From: Chiloscyllium plagiosum
Lineage: Eukaryota
Direction of reading: 5' to 3'
DNA: 64,000 nt
Assembly (NCBI RefSeq): GCF_004010195.1
Contig: NC_057719.1
Location: forward strand, 72,824,088 to 72,888,087
The notes under the pieces are model-generated. The model was not told where the DNA came from. It made no database searches and was given only the letters and a program-made list of their open reading frames with translations. Shown here in pieces: positions 1 to 12,910 of this stretch; the stretch's first letter is position 1; each line of letters begins with the position of its first letter. A program made the translations under genes and the position numbers.

Positions 1-90
1 TCGGGGGGCTTGGGGGATGAGAGGGAGAAGGTCCAGATATCCCAGCGCATGAATCATAAAACATGAGTTTGCAGGTACAGCAAATCATAA

Positions 91-690
91 AGCTCCTGTT
101 ACAGTAAAAGGTAAGGCTGGTACGATTAAAGAGCAATGGATAAACCAAAAGATATTGAAGTTCTAGTCAAGAATAAAAAAATGTACATTGGATATAGACA
201 ACTGGGTTCAAATGAACCTCCTGAACAGTACAAAACATGTAGGGGCATTTTTAAGGGGGAGATCAGTATGGCGAAGACAGGATAATAAGATAACCTTATT
301 TGCCAAGGTTAAAGGACAATCAAAAGAGATTCTACAAGTACATTAAGAGCAAGGCAGCAACTAGAAAGAGAGTGTAGGGCCCCTTATAGATCAAAGAGGT
401 CAAAAAATGTGTTGAAGCTCAGGGGATGGGAAAGATATTAAATGGATATTTCATGTCAAATTTTACCGTGGAGAAAGAAATGGAGGCCAAATACTGATAT
501 TGTGAAAAAAGTTCACATTACAGAAGAGGAAGAGCTGGAAATCTTAGAAAACGTAAATATGGATAAATCTGCAGGACCTGATCGAGTGTATCCCAGGATG
601 TTGTACTAAGTTAGGGAGGAAATTGCAAGGCCGCTTGCAGAAGTATTTAGTTAATTTATAACTACAGATGAGACGCCGCATGACTGAAGA
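91..690 (+). mobile_element. CR1 LINE ORF2 fragment (decayed)
   Basis: DKSAGPDRVYPR motif near 562-597 and similarity to the CR1 at 2740-3320. Confidence 0.8.
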
Positions 691-692
691 TG

Positions 693-3600
693 GAGGACAG
701 GAAAAATTTCTGGCTGTAACAGCTGCTCCTTTTAGGTGCTTGTAGATATTTTAGATGCTGGAGGTGATTTCCTTGAATTCCAGGAGCAGCAATTACTGCT
801 TTAATATGCTGTTGCATTGTTTTGGAACTTTGGAAACAAAAGTCAAAACAACAGCAGTTTTAAAAGGGAGAAGAACAGACAAAGGAAGTACATGGTGAGG
901 ACAGTGCAAGAGAGAGAAAGAGAAAGAAACTGACACAGCAGTGAACCTGCACAGTTACTGCCTTAGCTGTTTGAATTCATGTATCGCTGGACATAGGAGT
1001 GCATCTGGGAAAATTAACAAACAGTGAATTTCACAACTGATCATGGAGGAACCTGTTGGGCGAAGTTCACAGCACAGAATCAGATAAGTGAATTGTTGGT
1101 TAAGTGCGACCTACAGAAAGTCTGCAGTAGTGAATAGAGTCTTGATTAAACTTAAAATATAAGCCATAACTATTAATTTAACATGGGGCAGTGTTTGTAG
1201 AGGAATAAGACACTTATTTTCTGGGTCTGTAGATTGCGAAGGAGCAAAAATGGCCTTTAGTAGAGTGAAATATGCTTCTTGTCAGATGCGAGAGTTTAAA
1301 CAGAGTTTAAGGGTTACTGCGGATTATATCTGCCATAAGTGGTTGTGAATCTCATCAGATCAAATGGATCGGTTGGAGAGACAGTTAGAAACAATGAGGA
1401 AATTGCAACAGCAACAGTATGTGAGCAGAATGTTCTCAAGGGGGAGAAGGGCCAGCAAGAGGCCATTGCATATATTGGAACCAATGACATAGGAAGGGAA
1501 AAGGTTGAGATCTGAAAGGAGATTACAGAGTTAGGCAGCAATTTAAAAAGGAGGTCCTCGAGAGTAGTAATATCTGGATTACTCCCGGTGCTACGGGCTA
1601 GTGAGGGCAGGATTAAGAGGATAGAGCAGATGAATGCATGGCTGAGTTGGTGTACGGGAGAAGGATTCACATTTTTGGATAATTGGAATCTCTTTTGGAG
1701 TAAAATGTGACCTGTACAAGGAGGACACATTGCACCTAAATTGGAAGAGGCCGAATATACTGGCAGGGAAATTTGCTGGAGCTGCTCGGGTGGATTTATA
1801 CTAGTAAGGTTGGGGGGCGGGGAAGACCCAGGGAGAGGGTGAGAAACAAGGTCATTCTGAGGCTGGTACAGTTGAGAACAGAAGCGAGTCAAAGAGTCAG
1901 CGCAGGCAGGGACAAGGATGCACTAGTAAATTAAACTGCATTTATTTCAATGCAAGGGTCTTCACAGGGAAGGCAGATAAACTCAGGGCATGGTTAGGAA
2001 CATGGGACTGGGATATCATAACAGTTACAGAAACATAGCTCAGGGATGGGCAGGACTGGCAGCTTAATGTTCCAGGATACAAATGCTACAAGGATAGAAA
2101 GGGAGGCGAGAGAGGAGGGGGGAGTGGCATTTTTGATAAGGGATAACATTAAGCTGTGCTGAGGGAGGATACTCCTGGAAACACATCCAGGGAAGTTATT
2201 TGGGTGGAACTGAAAAATAAGAAAGGGATGATCACCTTATTGGGATTGTATTATAGACCTCCGAAGAGTCAGCTTGTAAGGAGATCACAGTTATCTGTAA
2301 GAACAATAGGATGGTTATGGTAAGGGATTTTAACTTTCCAAATATAGACTGGGACTGCTAGTATTAAAGGTTTAGATGGAGAGGAATTTGTTAAGAGGGT
2401 ATAAGAAAATTTTCTGATTCAGTATGTGGATGTATCTACTAGAGAAGGTGCAAAACTTGACCTACTCTTGGGAAATAAGGCAGGGCAGGTGACTGAGGTG
2501 TCAGTGTGGGAGCACTTTAGGGCCAGCGACCATAATTCTATTTGTTTTAAAATAGTGATGGAAAAGGTTAGACCAGATCTAAAAGTTGAAGTTCTAAATT
2601 GGAGAAAGGCCAATTTTGACAGTATTAGGCAAGAACTTTCAAAAGCTGATTGGGGGCAGATGTTCGCAGGTAAAGTGACGGCTGGAAAATGGGAAGCCTA
2701 CAGAAATGAGATAACGAGAATCCAGAGAAAGTATGTTCCTGTTAGGGTGAAAGGAAAGGCTGGTAGGTATAGGGAATGCTGGATGACTAAAGAAAAAGGA
2801 AGCATATCTAAGGTATAGACAGGATAAGTCGAGTGAATCCTTAGAAGAGTATAAAGGAAGTATATTTAAGAGGAAAATCAGGAGGGCAAAAAGGGGACAT
2901 GAGACAGCTTTGGCAAATAGAATTAAAGAGAATCCAAAGGGTTTTTACAAATACAAGGAGGACAAAAGGGTAACGAGGGACAGAATAGGGCCTCTCAAAG
3001 ATCAGCAAGGCGGCCTTTGTGTGGAGCTGCAGAAAATGGGGGAGACATTAAATGAGTATTTTGCATCAGTGTTTATTGTGGAAAAGGTAATGGAAGATAT
3101 AGTCTGGAGGGAAATAGATGATGACACCTTGCAAAATGTCTATATTAGAGAAGAGGTGGTGCTGGAGGTCTTGAAACACAAAGGTGGATAAATCGCCAGG
3201 ACCTGATCAGTTGAACCCTAGAGTTCTGTGGGAAGCTAGAGAAGTGTTTGCTGGGCCTCTTGCTGAGATATTTGTATCATCAAGTCACAGGTGAGGTGCC
3301 GGAAGACTGCAGGTTGGCTAACATGGTACCTCTGTTTAAGAAGGGCGGCAAGGGCAAGCTCGGGAACTATAGACCAGTGAGCCTGACGTCGGTGGTGGAC
3401 AAGTTGTTGGAGGGAATCCTGAGGGACAGGATGTACATTTATTTGGAATGGCAAGGACTGATTAGGGATAGTTAGCATGGCTGTGTGCGTGGGAAATCAC
3501 ATCTCACAAAATTGATTGTGTTTTTTGAAGAAGTAACAAAGAAGATTGATGAGGGCAGTGCAGTAGATGTGACTTATATGGACTTCAGTAAGATGTTCGA

Positions 3601-3795
3601 CAAGGTTCGCCATGGGAGACTGATAGCAAGGTTAGATCTCATGGAATACAGGGAGAACTAGCCATTTGGATACAGAACTGGCTCAAAGGTAGGAGACAGA
3701 GGGTGCTGGTGGAGGGTTGTTTTTCAGACTGGAGACCTGTGACTAGTGGAGTGCCACAAGGATCGGTGCTGGGTCCTCTACTTTTTGTCATTTAA
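693..3795 (+). mobile_element. CR1 LINE: 5' UTR, ORF1 (Zn-finger + SGNH esterase), ORF2 endonuclease and RT; 3'-truncated and frameshifted
   Basis: ORF1 from ~1250 with HIGTNDIG and LHLNW; ORF2 [40 protein letters not shown]. Confidence 0.92.
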
Positions 3796-4316
3796 TTAAA
3801 TAATTAAGGAATGCAGACACAAAGTTAGAATTATTAACATGACAAAATTGTACAGTAGTTTGCATTTTAATAAAACAGGTAGTCCTGATTTGTGCTTGTG
3901 CTCGCTATTTCAATTAGCAGCAATAGGAGCCCAATCATTATCCATGGGGAAAGGAGAGCAGAAAAACATCAAGGTTTCAGCTTCACTTTCAACCTGCTAA
4001 TTTCTGCTGGAAAATAAACATGTGAACACCAGGCAACAAAAGGAAATGACCCCTTTTCAAGAGGCAAATAGGCCAACACTTCATTCATTTGGAAATCACC
4101 TAGTCAGGTCTGCCAGAAGCCTTAAAAATAACAAACCTTTACAAAGAAATTTAAAAGAAATAATCACAGAGGCAGAAATAGGCAAAATCTTGGGGAATGG
4201 CACAGACACTGAAGAAATATTTTGTGTCATCTTCACAGTGGAAGACACAAATTACCTAACAGAAATAGAAGGCAACCATGGCCAATAAGCTGAGGAACAC
4301 AAGGTAGTTAATATCT

Positions 4317-4570
4317 GTTTCAGACTTCTACCCATACTGACTCAGGAGACAAACCCTCCTCAATGACCTCCATTTCTGCAGCTGTGATACTATCCCTGAT
4401 TAGCAATGCCACTCCCCCACCTCTTTTACCTCCCTCCCTATTCCTCTTGAAAAATCTAAACCCTGGAATATCCAACAACCATTCCTGTGATATACAGGTC
4501 CCCGTAACGACCACAACATCATAGCTCCAAGTACTGATCCATGCTCTAAATTCATTCCCCTTATTCCTGA
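4317..4570 (-). mobile_element. CR1 endonuclease fragment
   Basis: ORF GFRFFKRNREGGKRGGGVALLIR...ESVWVEV. Confidence 0.85.
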
Positions 4571-5563
4571 TGGATGGTTTGTAAATTTACAAATGACATC
4601 AAGATTGGTAGCATAGTGGAGAGGGAAAATAAAAAGAGTACCTCAGTGTACAATGGGACCTTGATCAGATGGTCCAAGGAGTGGCAGATGGAGTTTAATT
4701 TAGATAAACGTGAGATACTACATTTAGGTAAGGTAAATCAGGGCAGGGTTTGTATACTTAATGGTAGGGTTCTGAGGAGTGTTGCTGAACAAAGATCTTG
4801 GGATGGGAGTTCATAGTTCTTTAAAGGTGGAGGCACACTACAGGGTTGTGAAGGCAGCATTTGGTATACTTGCCTTTATTGGTCAGTGCATAGAGTATAG
4901 GAGTTGGGATGTTATGTTGCACTGTACAGGACATTGGTTTAGCCACTATTAGAATACTACATGCAAATCTGGGCTCCCTGCTGTAGGAAAAATGTTGTGA
5001 AACTTAAAAGGTTGCAGAAAAGATTTACAAGGATTTGTTGGTATTGGAGAATGTTTTTTATTTATTCACGAGATGAGGCTGTCACTGGCTATACAGCATT
5101 TATTGCCCATCCCTTATAGCCCAGAAGGCAGTTCAGAGTCAACTGCATTTGAGCTGTTAGGAATGGGCGGAATAGGCTGGGGCTATTTTCCTTTCAGCAG
5201 AGTGTCGGAGGTTGGGGGTTGACCTTATAGAGGTTTATAAAATCATGAGGGGCATGGATAGGGTGAATAGCCAAGGTCTTTTTTTCCCCCCAAGATATAA
5301 GAGTCCAAAACTTGAGGGCTTAAGTTTTAGGTGAGGGGAAAGATATAAAAATGACCGAAGGAACAACTTTTAGTGAGGTGCCAGATGAAGTGGAGGAGGT
5401 TGGTACAATTTCAGCATTTAAAAGGCATCTGGATGGGTACATGAACAAGAAGAGTTTAAAGGGATATGGGCCAAATGGGACTAGATTAATTTAGGATACC
5501 TGGTCAGCATGGGGGAGTTGGACAGAAGGGTCTGGTTCCATGCTGGACAACTCTATGGGTCTA
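4571..5563 (+). mobile_element. CR1 (HER1-like) LINE 3' end, interrupted by an antisense SINE tail at ~5055-5150
   Basis: KF(A)DD-like motif, W...WQMEFN, CR1 3' tail gaagggtctggttccatgctg...ctctatg. Confidence 0.88.
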
Positions 5564-5929
5564 AAAAGAAAAATCCTGTTAAAACAGTTTGTAATTTCAG
5601 CTCTGGTAAAACTTTGGCAGACTCGTGATGAAGTCTGCTTTGAGAAGAGGCTAAACAAAGAGACAAAAACAAAAGGCAAACACAGCTTCAGAACACAAGT
5701 TAGGCCACAGTAATGTCATCCATCTGGTTTTCATTGTTCTTTTAATGTCAGCGAAACAAGATTGAAACAATTCAAAACAGGTCAGTGAATCATTAAAATT
5801 TACTGTTGACTCATTCTAATGGCACTGCAGTGAGTTATCAATCTCGTTAAGATTGATCACAAAGCACCCAAAAAAGGAGAGATTTTGAATGAGGAAAAAT
5901 TGATGAAAGTTTTAATATTAATTTTTTAA

Positions 5930-6210
5930 AATCTTTATTCATGGGAAGACAGTGTCACTGACCAGGCCAGAATTTATTGCCCACCCTACAGGGCTGTTAA
6001 GAGTCAATCACACTGCCGTGGGCCTGGAATCACATGTAGCCGACACCAGGTAAGAATGGCAGTTTCCTTCCCTAAATGACATTAGTGAACCAGAAGAGTT
6101 TGCCCAACAATCAATATGGTTTCATAGTCATCTTCAGAGACTCTTAATTCCAAATTTTTACTGAATTCAAATTCCACCAGCTGCTGTGGTGGGATTCAAA
6201 CCCAGGAGCC
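5930..6210 (-). mobile_element. tRNA-headed SINE with gggcaataaatgctggcc-type LINE tail
   Basis: B-box-like ggtttgaatccc; body matches the + strand copy at 22420-23030; tail shared with the LINE end at 23880-23935. Confidence 0.75.
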
Positions 6211-6804
6211 CAAAATGGGGCTTATTATTATTACACAAAGATCTAGAACAGTAAAATAAAACACATTAAAACTTTGAAAATTGCCAATTCAATAGTTTAA
6301 ATGCAATAGTGTAGTTAATTAGAGGCAGAGAATAGGGTTTTTCGGACCATTTTCAGGTATATAGGGTCATTTAAAAGTATATCATGCTCAGCACAGACAC
6401 GGTAGGCAGAAGGGTCTGTTCCTGTGCTGTACTGCTCCATGTTCTAATGTGGAAAAAAATTTCACAAAGCACCTTGGAGTGCAAGAAAAATAATGGATGA
6501 GAAGCTTAAAATGTTGGAAATTCCCAAAACCTGGCCACAGAAGGTCTGAAAGAAAAGCAAGGAGAGAAGGCACAGATTTTAACTGAGAAAGGAAACATCT
6601 GGATTCAAATAAACAAAAATAAAGAGAAGGAATAGGCACGAGATATTAATCATGCTCACTTCAGCTAAAAGCGTAACCAAGTAATTGCACTTGCAAATAA
6701 GTTCTCATTCTAAATTCTAGGAAAAACTAGAAAAACTGTCCATACACATTTGCAGGCAAAATAAAAAGCAACTGCATTCTAGGTCCAAAAACGTTTGGTT
6801 TGGA

Positions 6805-6903
6805 AATCAGCAATTACTGAAAAAAAACTCAGCAGGTCCAGCAGCATCTGTGGCAAGAAAGCAGAGCTAACGTTTCAGATCCCGTGACCCTTCTTCAGAA
6901 CTC
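6805..6903 (-). mobile_element. Short PLE terminal-repeat fragment with HHR core
   Basis: Minus strand reads CTGAAGA-agggtcacgggatct-GAAACGTT, followed by gatgctgc..gacctgctgag. Confidence 0.7.
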
Positions 6904-6904
6904 C

Positions 6905-8220
6905 AAGGCTGGGGACCAAAATCATTCACAATTTTCCAACTGTGGTTGAACTGCATCATGGAGAGCTTTAGCAAGACCTTTCTACTTTTAAAATTTGATT
7001 TCCTTTGAAATGAAGTAAACAGTCCATTTATCTTCCCTATTCCCTGAACTTGGATGCTAGCATTGGGATTCACGCACAAGAATTTCCAAATCTGTGTGCT
7101 GTATTCTGCAGTTGCACAATTTAAACATTCAGTTCTTCTGCTCTCCCTGTCAAAGTACACAATTGCAATATTTCCCATCTTACATTTCATCAGCCAAGTT
7201 CTTGCCCACTTGCTTAACTTGTGTCTACGTCCCTCTACAGACTCTAAGTCATCTTCACTTGCCTTCCTACCTATTTTTGTCATCCACAAGCTTGACGATG
7301 GCACATTTAATTCCCTCAAATTTATTAACACATGTTGCAAATAGTTGTGGCACTCCATTGGTTACAGGGTGTGATCCTGAAAATGCCCTCTATATCCCAC
7401 ACTCTCCATCACTTCTATCTATATTAATATGCTGCCCCCAACACACGGGCACTCATTTAATGCAACTGTTTTACGTGCAGTACCTTACTGAATGTCTTTC
7501 CATTTAGCTACATTGTTTGTTACCTCAAAAGAATTCTAATAAAATTTTAAATCAAGCATGATTCCCCTTTCATGAATCCTTGTTGACTCTGCTTGATATT
7601 TTGCATTCCTAAATGCTTGACTAACAATTGCAATGGACTCTAACAATTTTTCCAATGACAGATATGAAGTTAACTGGCCTATAATTACCGGTTTGCTTTT
7701 CTCCCTTGTTTTGTGAAAAAGGGTGTTACATTTGTAGTGTTCCTTTGAGCCTTTTACAAAACTCCTTTCCCAGGCCACTCCAGCCAACTCTACCCTCATC
7801 CCTACTGAATTAACCTCATTTAAATTTAGCACAGTTGTTTCTGACCTAAGTTTATCACTCTCAAACTGAATGATAAATAATGCCATGGTATCGTCACTGT
7901 TCCCGAAAGGATCTTTTACTCGGATCATTTATTCAATTGATCTCATTGGACATTAATAAATCCAAAGCAACCTGATAGAATTCACAACATATCTTCAAAA
8001 ACTACCCTGAATGCACCATGAATTCTTTCTATTGGGTACATTTGTCAATTTGATAAGTCGACAAGATTAAAGGCACCCATTATTAATCCACTGCCTTTTC
8101 TACATACTGTCATGAGTTCTATCCTACACTATAGCTACTGTTAGGGGTCCTATGGACTACTCTCACCCTACTCCTTCTCCCTCATTATTTCTTGCCTCCA
8201 CCCAGATGGATTCTTCATCT
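6905..8220 (-). mobile_element. CR1 LINE ORF2 fragments with internal deletions
   Basis: W..TWLMK and LTSYLSLEKLLESI remnants in minus-strand ORFs. Confidence 0.8.
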
Positions 8221-8659
8221 CAAGAGAGATAATTGCTTGCTGTCGTACTTATTCCACCTTATATTAAAAACGATCACACCAGTCTTGCCTATGAAAAGTC
8301 ACATTCCCCTGAATATTTACTTCCCAACTTTAACCTTTGCTTAACCATGTCTCTAATGACTAAGGTGATCCTCATTAAACTTCTATTTGTCCCGTTAAAT
8401 TTATTTTGTTCCCATAAAGATACACATTTAACAGCCATTAAGTTTTTGTCTTTTTACCATTTATTTCTGCCCTTTGAGTATATTTACTGCTTTTTCTTAC
8501 ATACTTTCACACTCATGTCACTTACTGTCCCACTCTGGGTATCATTATCCAAGTACCTGCCCTGCATCGTTTTTTTCCTTTTAAGTCTACATTTCCCTTC
8601 TCCTGAACTCTCCCTCTCCGTTTAGTTTAAAGTCTTCTCAATTTCATACTGTTCAGTAA

Positions 8660-9020
8660 CGGCATATTATTTAGTTGTTTTTGTTTTTTATGCTCATGGT
8701 GGTAAATCATTGCAAATGCTTCAGCCTTGTCATTTATACCAATGTTCTAAACTTTGAGGTGGTGAGTGGAGACTTCAATGGTTCATATTTAGTTCTTGCC
8801 ATCCATTTCCAACTGGATGTAGGAGGACAAGAGGGCTTTGATCTAATCCATAAGTTGGGGGAATTACTTGTCTGTGGTTAGCAAGTGCGTCTGCTTTTAG
8901 CATGCATGCAAACTTGATGTATTGCTCCACCAGGCTCACCCTTTTTGTTAAACTTGATACTGCTCCTATACACTTTTGTGAACAAACACTGATCCTGTGA
9001 CTTAATGGCAATGCTATGAG
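8660..9020 (-). mobile_element. Decayed LINE fragment, probably the 21930-23935 family
   Basis: DKAEAFA-like motif (gacaaggctgaagcatttgca) on the minus strand. Confidence 0.5.
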
Positions 9021-9069
9021 AAGGATATGCTAAACAAGCGAAAAAAAAACGAAAGAAAAAAAAAAATCA

Positions 9070-10175
9070 ACCATTAGGGCCAACTAGCAAGGATCAAAAG
9101 CTGACAATAAGAGCTTCTTAAAATATATAAAAAGGGAAGTGAAGTGAAGATAGGCCCCTTAGAAAATGAATCTGGTGAAATAGTTGTGGGGAATAAGAAA
9201 ATGATAGAAAGTCAAACAGATATTTTGCATCAGTCTACAGTGGAAGATACCACAGACATCCATCAATGGTAAAGAATATAGGGGAGGAATTAACAACTCT
9301 CACCATCACTAGAGAAGTAGTGCTGGACAGACTAAGGAGGCTAAAGGCAGAGGAGTACCCTGGCCCTGATGGCTTGCGTCCATAGCATCTGAAAAGTAGT
9401 CGTTACAGAGATAGTGGATGCATTGGTAGTAATTTTCCAAGAAAAGAAGGCTCGGGTTCTTGAGAAGTACCACAGGATTGGAAAACTGCAAATGTGAAAC
9501 CCCTTTTGAAAAAAAAGGAGGGAAAAGCAGTTAGCCATAGGCCTATTAGGAATTAACAGCAGCACATTGGAAAATCAGTCTAATCTAGCAGGCTCAGCGT
9601 GGCTTCCTGAAAGGGAAATCATATCTGAATAATCATAATGAGGAAGTCTCAAACAGAGTGGACAGAGGAGAACCAGTAGATATGTTGTATTTGCTATGGT
9701 ACCTCACAAAAAGTCAGGTCTTACGATGTTTAAAGAGGCCGCAATTCTGATCACTAAGAGTTTAAAAGAATAAGAAGGCGATCTCACTGCGACATTTAGG
9801 ATTCCTCAGGGGCTTTACAGCATAAATGCTGACAGAATGTTTCCCACATGGGAGAGTCTGGGACCAGAGACAGTGTCTTGGAATAAAGATGTGCTAATTT
9901 AAAACTTAGATGAGGAGGAATTTCTTCTCTCAGAGGTGAGAGCCTTTGGAACTCCTTGCCACAGAGAGCTGTGGAGGCATAGGTCCTTATGCATATATTT
10001 AATGCTGACATCAACTGATTTTTGATCAGTAAGGGAATAAGGGTTATGGAGAAAGGGCAGGAAAGTGGATGTGAGGAATGTTGCATCAGCATGATGCTAT
10101 AAAATGGCACAACAGGCTGGAGGGGCTAAACCATCCAACTCCTGATGCTACTTCTTATGGTTTTATAGTCTTACG
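9070..10175 (+). mobile_element. CR1 LINE with internal deletions and 3' tail
   Basis: PGPDG, WKTANV motifs; 3' tail ending cttatggtttta. Confidence 0.8.
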
Positions 10176-11028
10176 GTTTGTAATGGTAGTCAGTTCTTTA
10201 CTGCTGATGCCCTAGAATTTCTGCTCAATATTATGATTCTATCTCATTTAGCATGGTGCTGTCGCCACAGGTGAATCTGTCCATGACTGATAAACGGAAT
10301 AGAATCTTAAGAGATCTAGCAACTGAAAATGAAGCATCAAGCAGACACTCAAGGCTATCAGCACCAACAGAACTGTCAACCATCAAAAACTCTAAGATTA
10401 TAAAAGCATAACAAAAGGACTAGAAATTGGACCAAAGGTTCTGTTTCCATGATGTACGACTCTGACTCTTAAGGTGTATTGATATTTTTGCTAACATCAA
10501 TGGTCAAGAAACTTCCCAGAATGTAATGCAGGTGTACTGCCAGGAAGTCCAAATCTCCAAACTTTCTGATTGAATCAATATCATAAGTGACTCTTAAAAA
10601 AAACTGACTATTTCTAACAATGTTTAATACCATAAAAAATCCTGTCTTCCAAGGTCACAAGTAAATACATATCACATAACTCTTGCTCTTCCCAAACTAA
10701 AGCAATTCTATGTGCAGTAATATCCACTCCCCTTGGGCGGCCACTTACACTGCAGACCGTGAACAATACCAGTTCAGGCATGTTCATAAAATATAAACTT
10801 TGTTGAAGCCATCGAAACGGAGATCTGAAACATTGTGGAATCCCTGGGTGCTTCATAGCTTTGTTCTGCCTTCCAACGCGTCACTGAAGAGATATGATTA
10901 AAGTAACACCAATAAAATTCCTGAATTTTTCTTAAAATGTTCCAGTCGAAGTTGGGAACCAGTAAAAAGTCAACAGGAAAACACCGACAGCGTATGGTTT
11001 TGTTTTTTTTTAAAAAAAGATAACTTAC

Positions 11029-11168
11029 GTTTCAAAACAACGGTCCACATTATCAGACATGAGAAGTAGCATACACAGCTGCTCCAAGGCTATGAGTTGC
11101 ATGTCCCTTTCGTCTCCCTGGCCCATTTGTAGCCATTCCAACAACGTATCGGGATCCACATCGGCCAT
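11029..11168 (-). CDS. HECTD1: HECTD1 E3 ubiquitin ligase, first coding exon (exon 2 spans 11291-11029 including 5' UTR)
   Basis: Translates [46 protein letters not shown](T), the recognisable HECTD1 N-terminus. Kozak caccATGG; acceptor ttttggttttag before 11291; donor AC|gtaagt after 11029. The next exon was not seen, so 1-11028 is presumably intron. Confidence 0.97.
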
Positions 11169-11389
11169 GGTGAGAGAGGCCTCTACAATCCCTGACAGTT
11201 TCCCCGACTAATGTTCTCCGAGCGCTGGGAGACTGGATAACAAAGTCCCCGGGAAGAGAAATCACTGTTTCCACAACTGGTCCCAATTAATCTAAAACCA
11301 AAAAAAAACACAAGGAAATAACACGTTAACATATTTTCCCCCTCCTCTGTGTGTACTTCGGTTCATCAATCCCCCCCCCCCCCAAAAAA

Positions 11390-12330
11390 AAACCCTGAAA
11401 AGCCGGGCAAGCGATTTCCAGCCGAAATTAAGGCACTTTCCTCCCTCCCTCCCCGGCTCGGGAGACGCCATTTAAACATAATCGGGCTAAAGCCGGCGGA
11501 TTGGTATTGCCCAGGCCGATCTCTACACAACAGCCGCCTCACGGTGGGTGGTTGGGTGAGGTGGAAGGAGGAGAGAGAAGAGGCCCAGGCCTTCCCCCAC
11601 CCGACCCGCGGGGTTGCTAGAAGGTGGTCACCGAGGCCGATGGGGCCCACTAAAACCTGAGTCACCCGAGCGGCCTGGGCCTCGCTTCAGCTCCTTCCTC
11701 CCGGCGGGCGCACAAAGGGACTCGGCCTTGCCTGGCGATGAGGGAAAGCGGTAGGGAGGGGGGGGAGAGAAGGAGAGAGAGAAAAGAGAGCAGCCCGATC
11801 TCCCTGACTAGGCCTCCAGGGCCCTGCGGCTAAATTTTGACCGTCATCCCGTCAGGCCTGGCGCGATCAAGCCGACTCCCACCTCACCTTCCCCCAAAAA
11901 ACACAGAAAACTCCGGGGCCTGAAAGCGATTCCCCTTCCCCAAGGCGGCATTTTCCTCACTTACTCACCGGCTCGATCTATTTGTGGCTTGGGGACGGGG
12001 CGGCCCGAGAGTCACCGTAGCAGCACATCCTCCAGCTCGGCCCGCCCCAGGCTGGCCCACTGTGTTTGGGGTGGGGGGCACAGAGGCCGACAGCAGCTCC
12101 TGGTCGTGCGGCCGAGTCCGGAGCTCCAGCCACCGAATGCGGAGGAGGAGGAGAAGCGTCCGTTCCTCCCCTTTACCTCGGGGAGCGACAACAAAATGCC
12201 ACGGCCTTCCCACAAACGTCAAACCTCGTACGTCTCTTCGTGTGTTTATGTTTAATCTTGGGAGGGGAAACTAGAGATAAAACAAACACGCACTCGTTTC
12301 GCCCTCCTCTGAAACACATCACGGGTGAGT
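11390..12330. promoter_or_regulatory. CpG island / promoter of HECTD1
   Basis: The only strongly GC- and CpG-rich, repeat-free stretch in the window; directly 5' of the HECTD1 ATG exon. Confidence 0.88.
11969..12230 (-). other. HECTD1: Probable non-coding exon 1 of HECTD1 (5' end approximate)
   Basis: GC-rich segment of the CpG island ending in the strong donor CCG|GTGAGT at 11969/11968. TSS not determinable from sequence. Confidence 0.7.
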
Positions 12331-12539
12331 TCAAAAATTAACGCCTTGTGACCGTTGAATTGATTTCATCGCTCGAGCTGTGAAAACAAAACGTGTTTAT
12401 TTCGTGTTCTTTTTTTCATTTGAGGTTATAAAGTAGTGTGGTTTTCCGGAGAAGTTATTTTTGGCTCCGTTTGCAAAAGCAAGGTTCAGGTGAGTTTTTT
12501 TGAGTGCAGATGCACGCATGAACAGCCCCCACCTTACCC

Positions 12540-12910
12540 TTTCGAAGAAGAGTGAGAGGGGTTGACGAGCGTTTATGTCTCCGTCAGCATCACAAAGTCA
12601 GATTATCTGACCATTATCCTAGCTCTGTTTGTGCTGAATCACTACCTGCAAATTGGCTGCCACACTTCCTACAACATAGAAGTGACAACCACTTAAAACT
12701 GGTTCAGGTGAGGTCAAGAAATTTTGAGATAACGTGTTCCTTTTGACTCAGTCTTAGAAAGACGTGATTTATGTACTACTAGTGCAGTTTTTCATGAGAT
12801 TTTTAGATGCTGTTCGGCTAAATGGCACTTTTTCAAAGTACTGTAATGTGTAATGGCACTTTTTCAAAGTACTGTAGGAATGTCCAGCCAACATTCACCC
12901 CTCAACCAAT
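12540..12910. mobile_element. DeuSINE-like (SacSINE1/AmnSINE1-related) relics in both orientations
   Basis: cagattatctgaccattatc...gcaaattggctgccacacttcctacaac resembles the Deu core as recalled; antisense tail at ~12765-12880 contains a 25-bp direct repeat (12821-12845, 12852-12876). Confidence 0.55.

Noticed and set aside
1314..1892. 192-aa minus-strand ORF
   Set aside because: Antisense shadow of CR1 ORF1.
4317..5563. CR1 5' inversion by twin priming
   Set aside because: The two pieces are far apart in ORF2 and no TSD was found; independent fragments are equally likely.
10271..10410. Short plus-strand ORF (MTDKRNRILR...) after a cag acceptor-like site
   Set aside because: About 42 codons, antisense to HECTD1, no recognisable homology or donor.
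11053..11286. 77-aa ORF overlapping HECTD1 exon 2
   Set aside because: Alternative frame with a non-ATG start; the real frame begins at 11168.
11349..12341. Many overlapping GC-rich ORFs
   Set aside because: Expected stop-codon scarcity in a CpG island; no recognisable protein.
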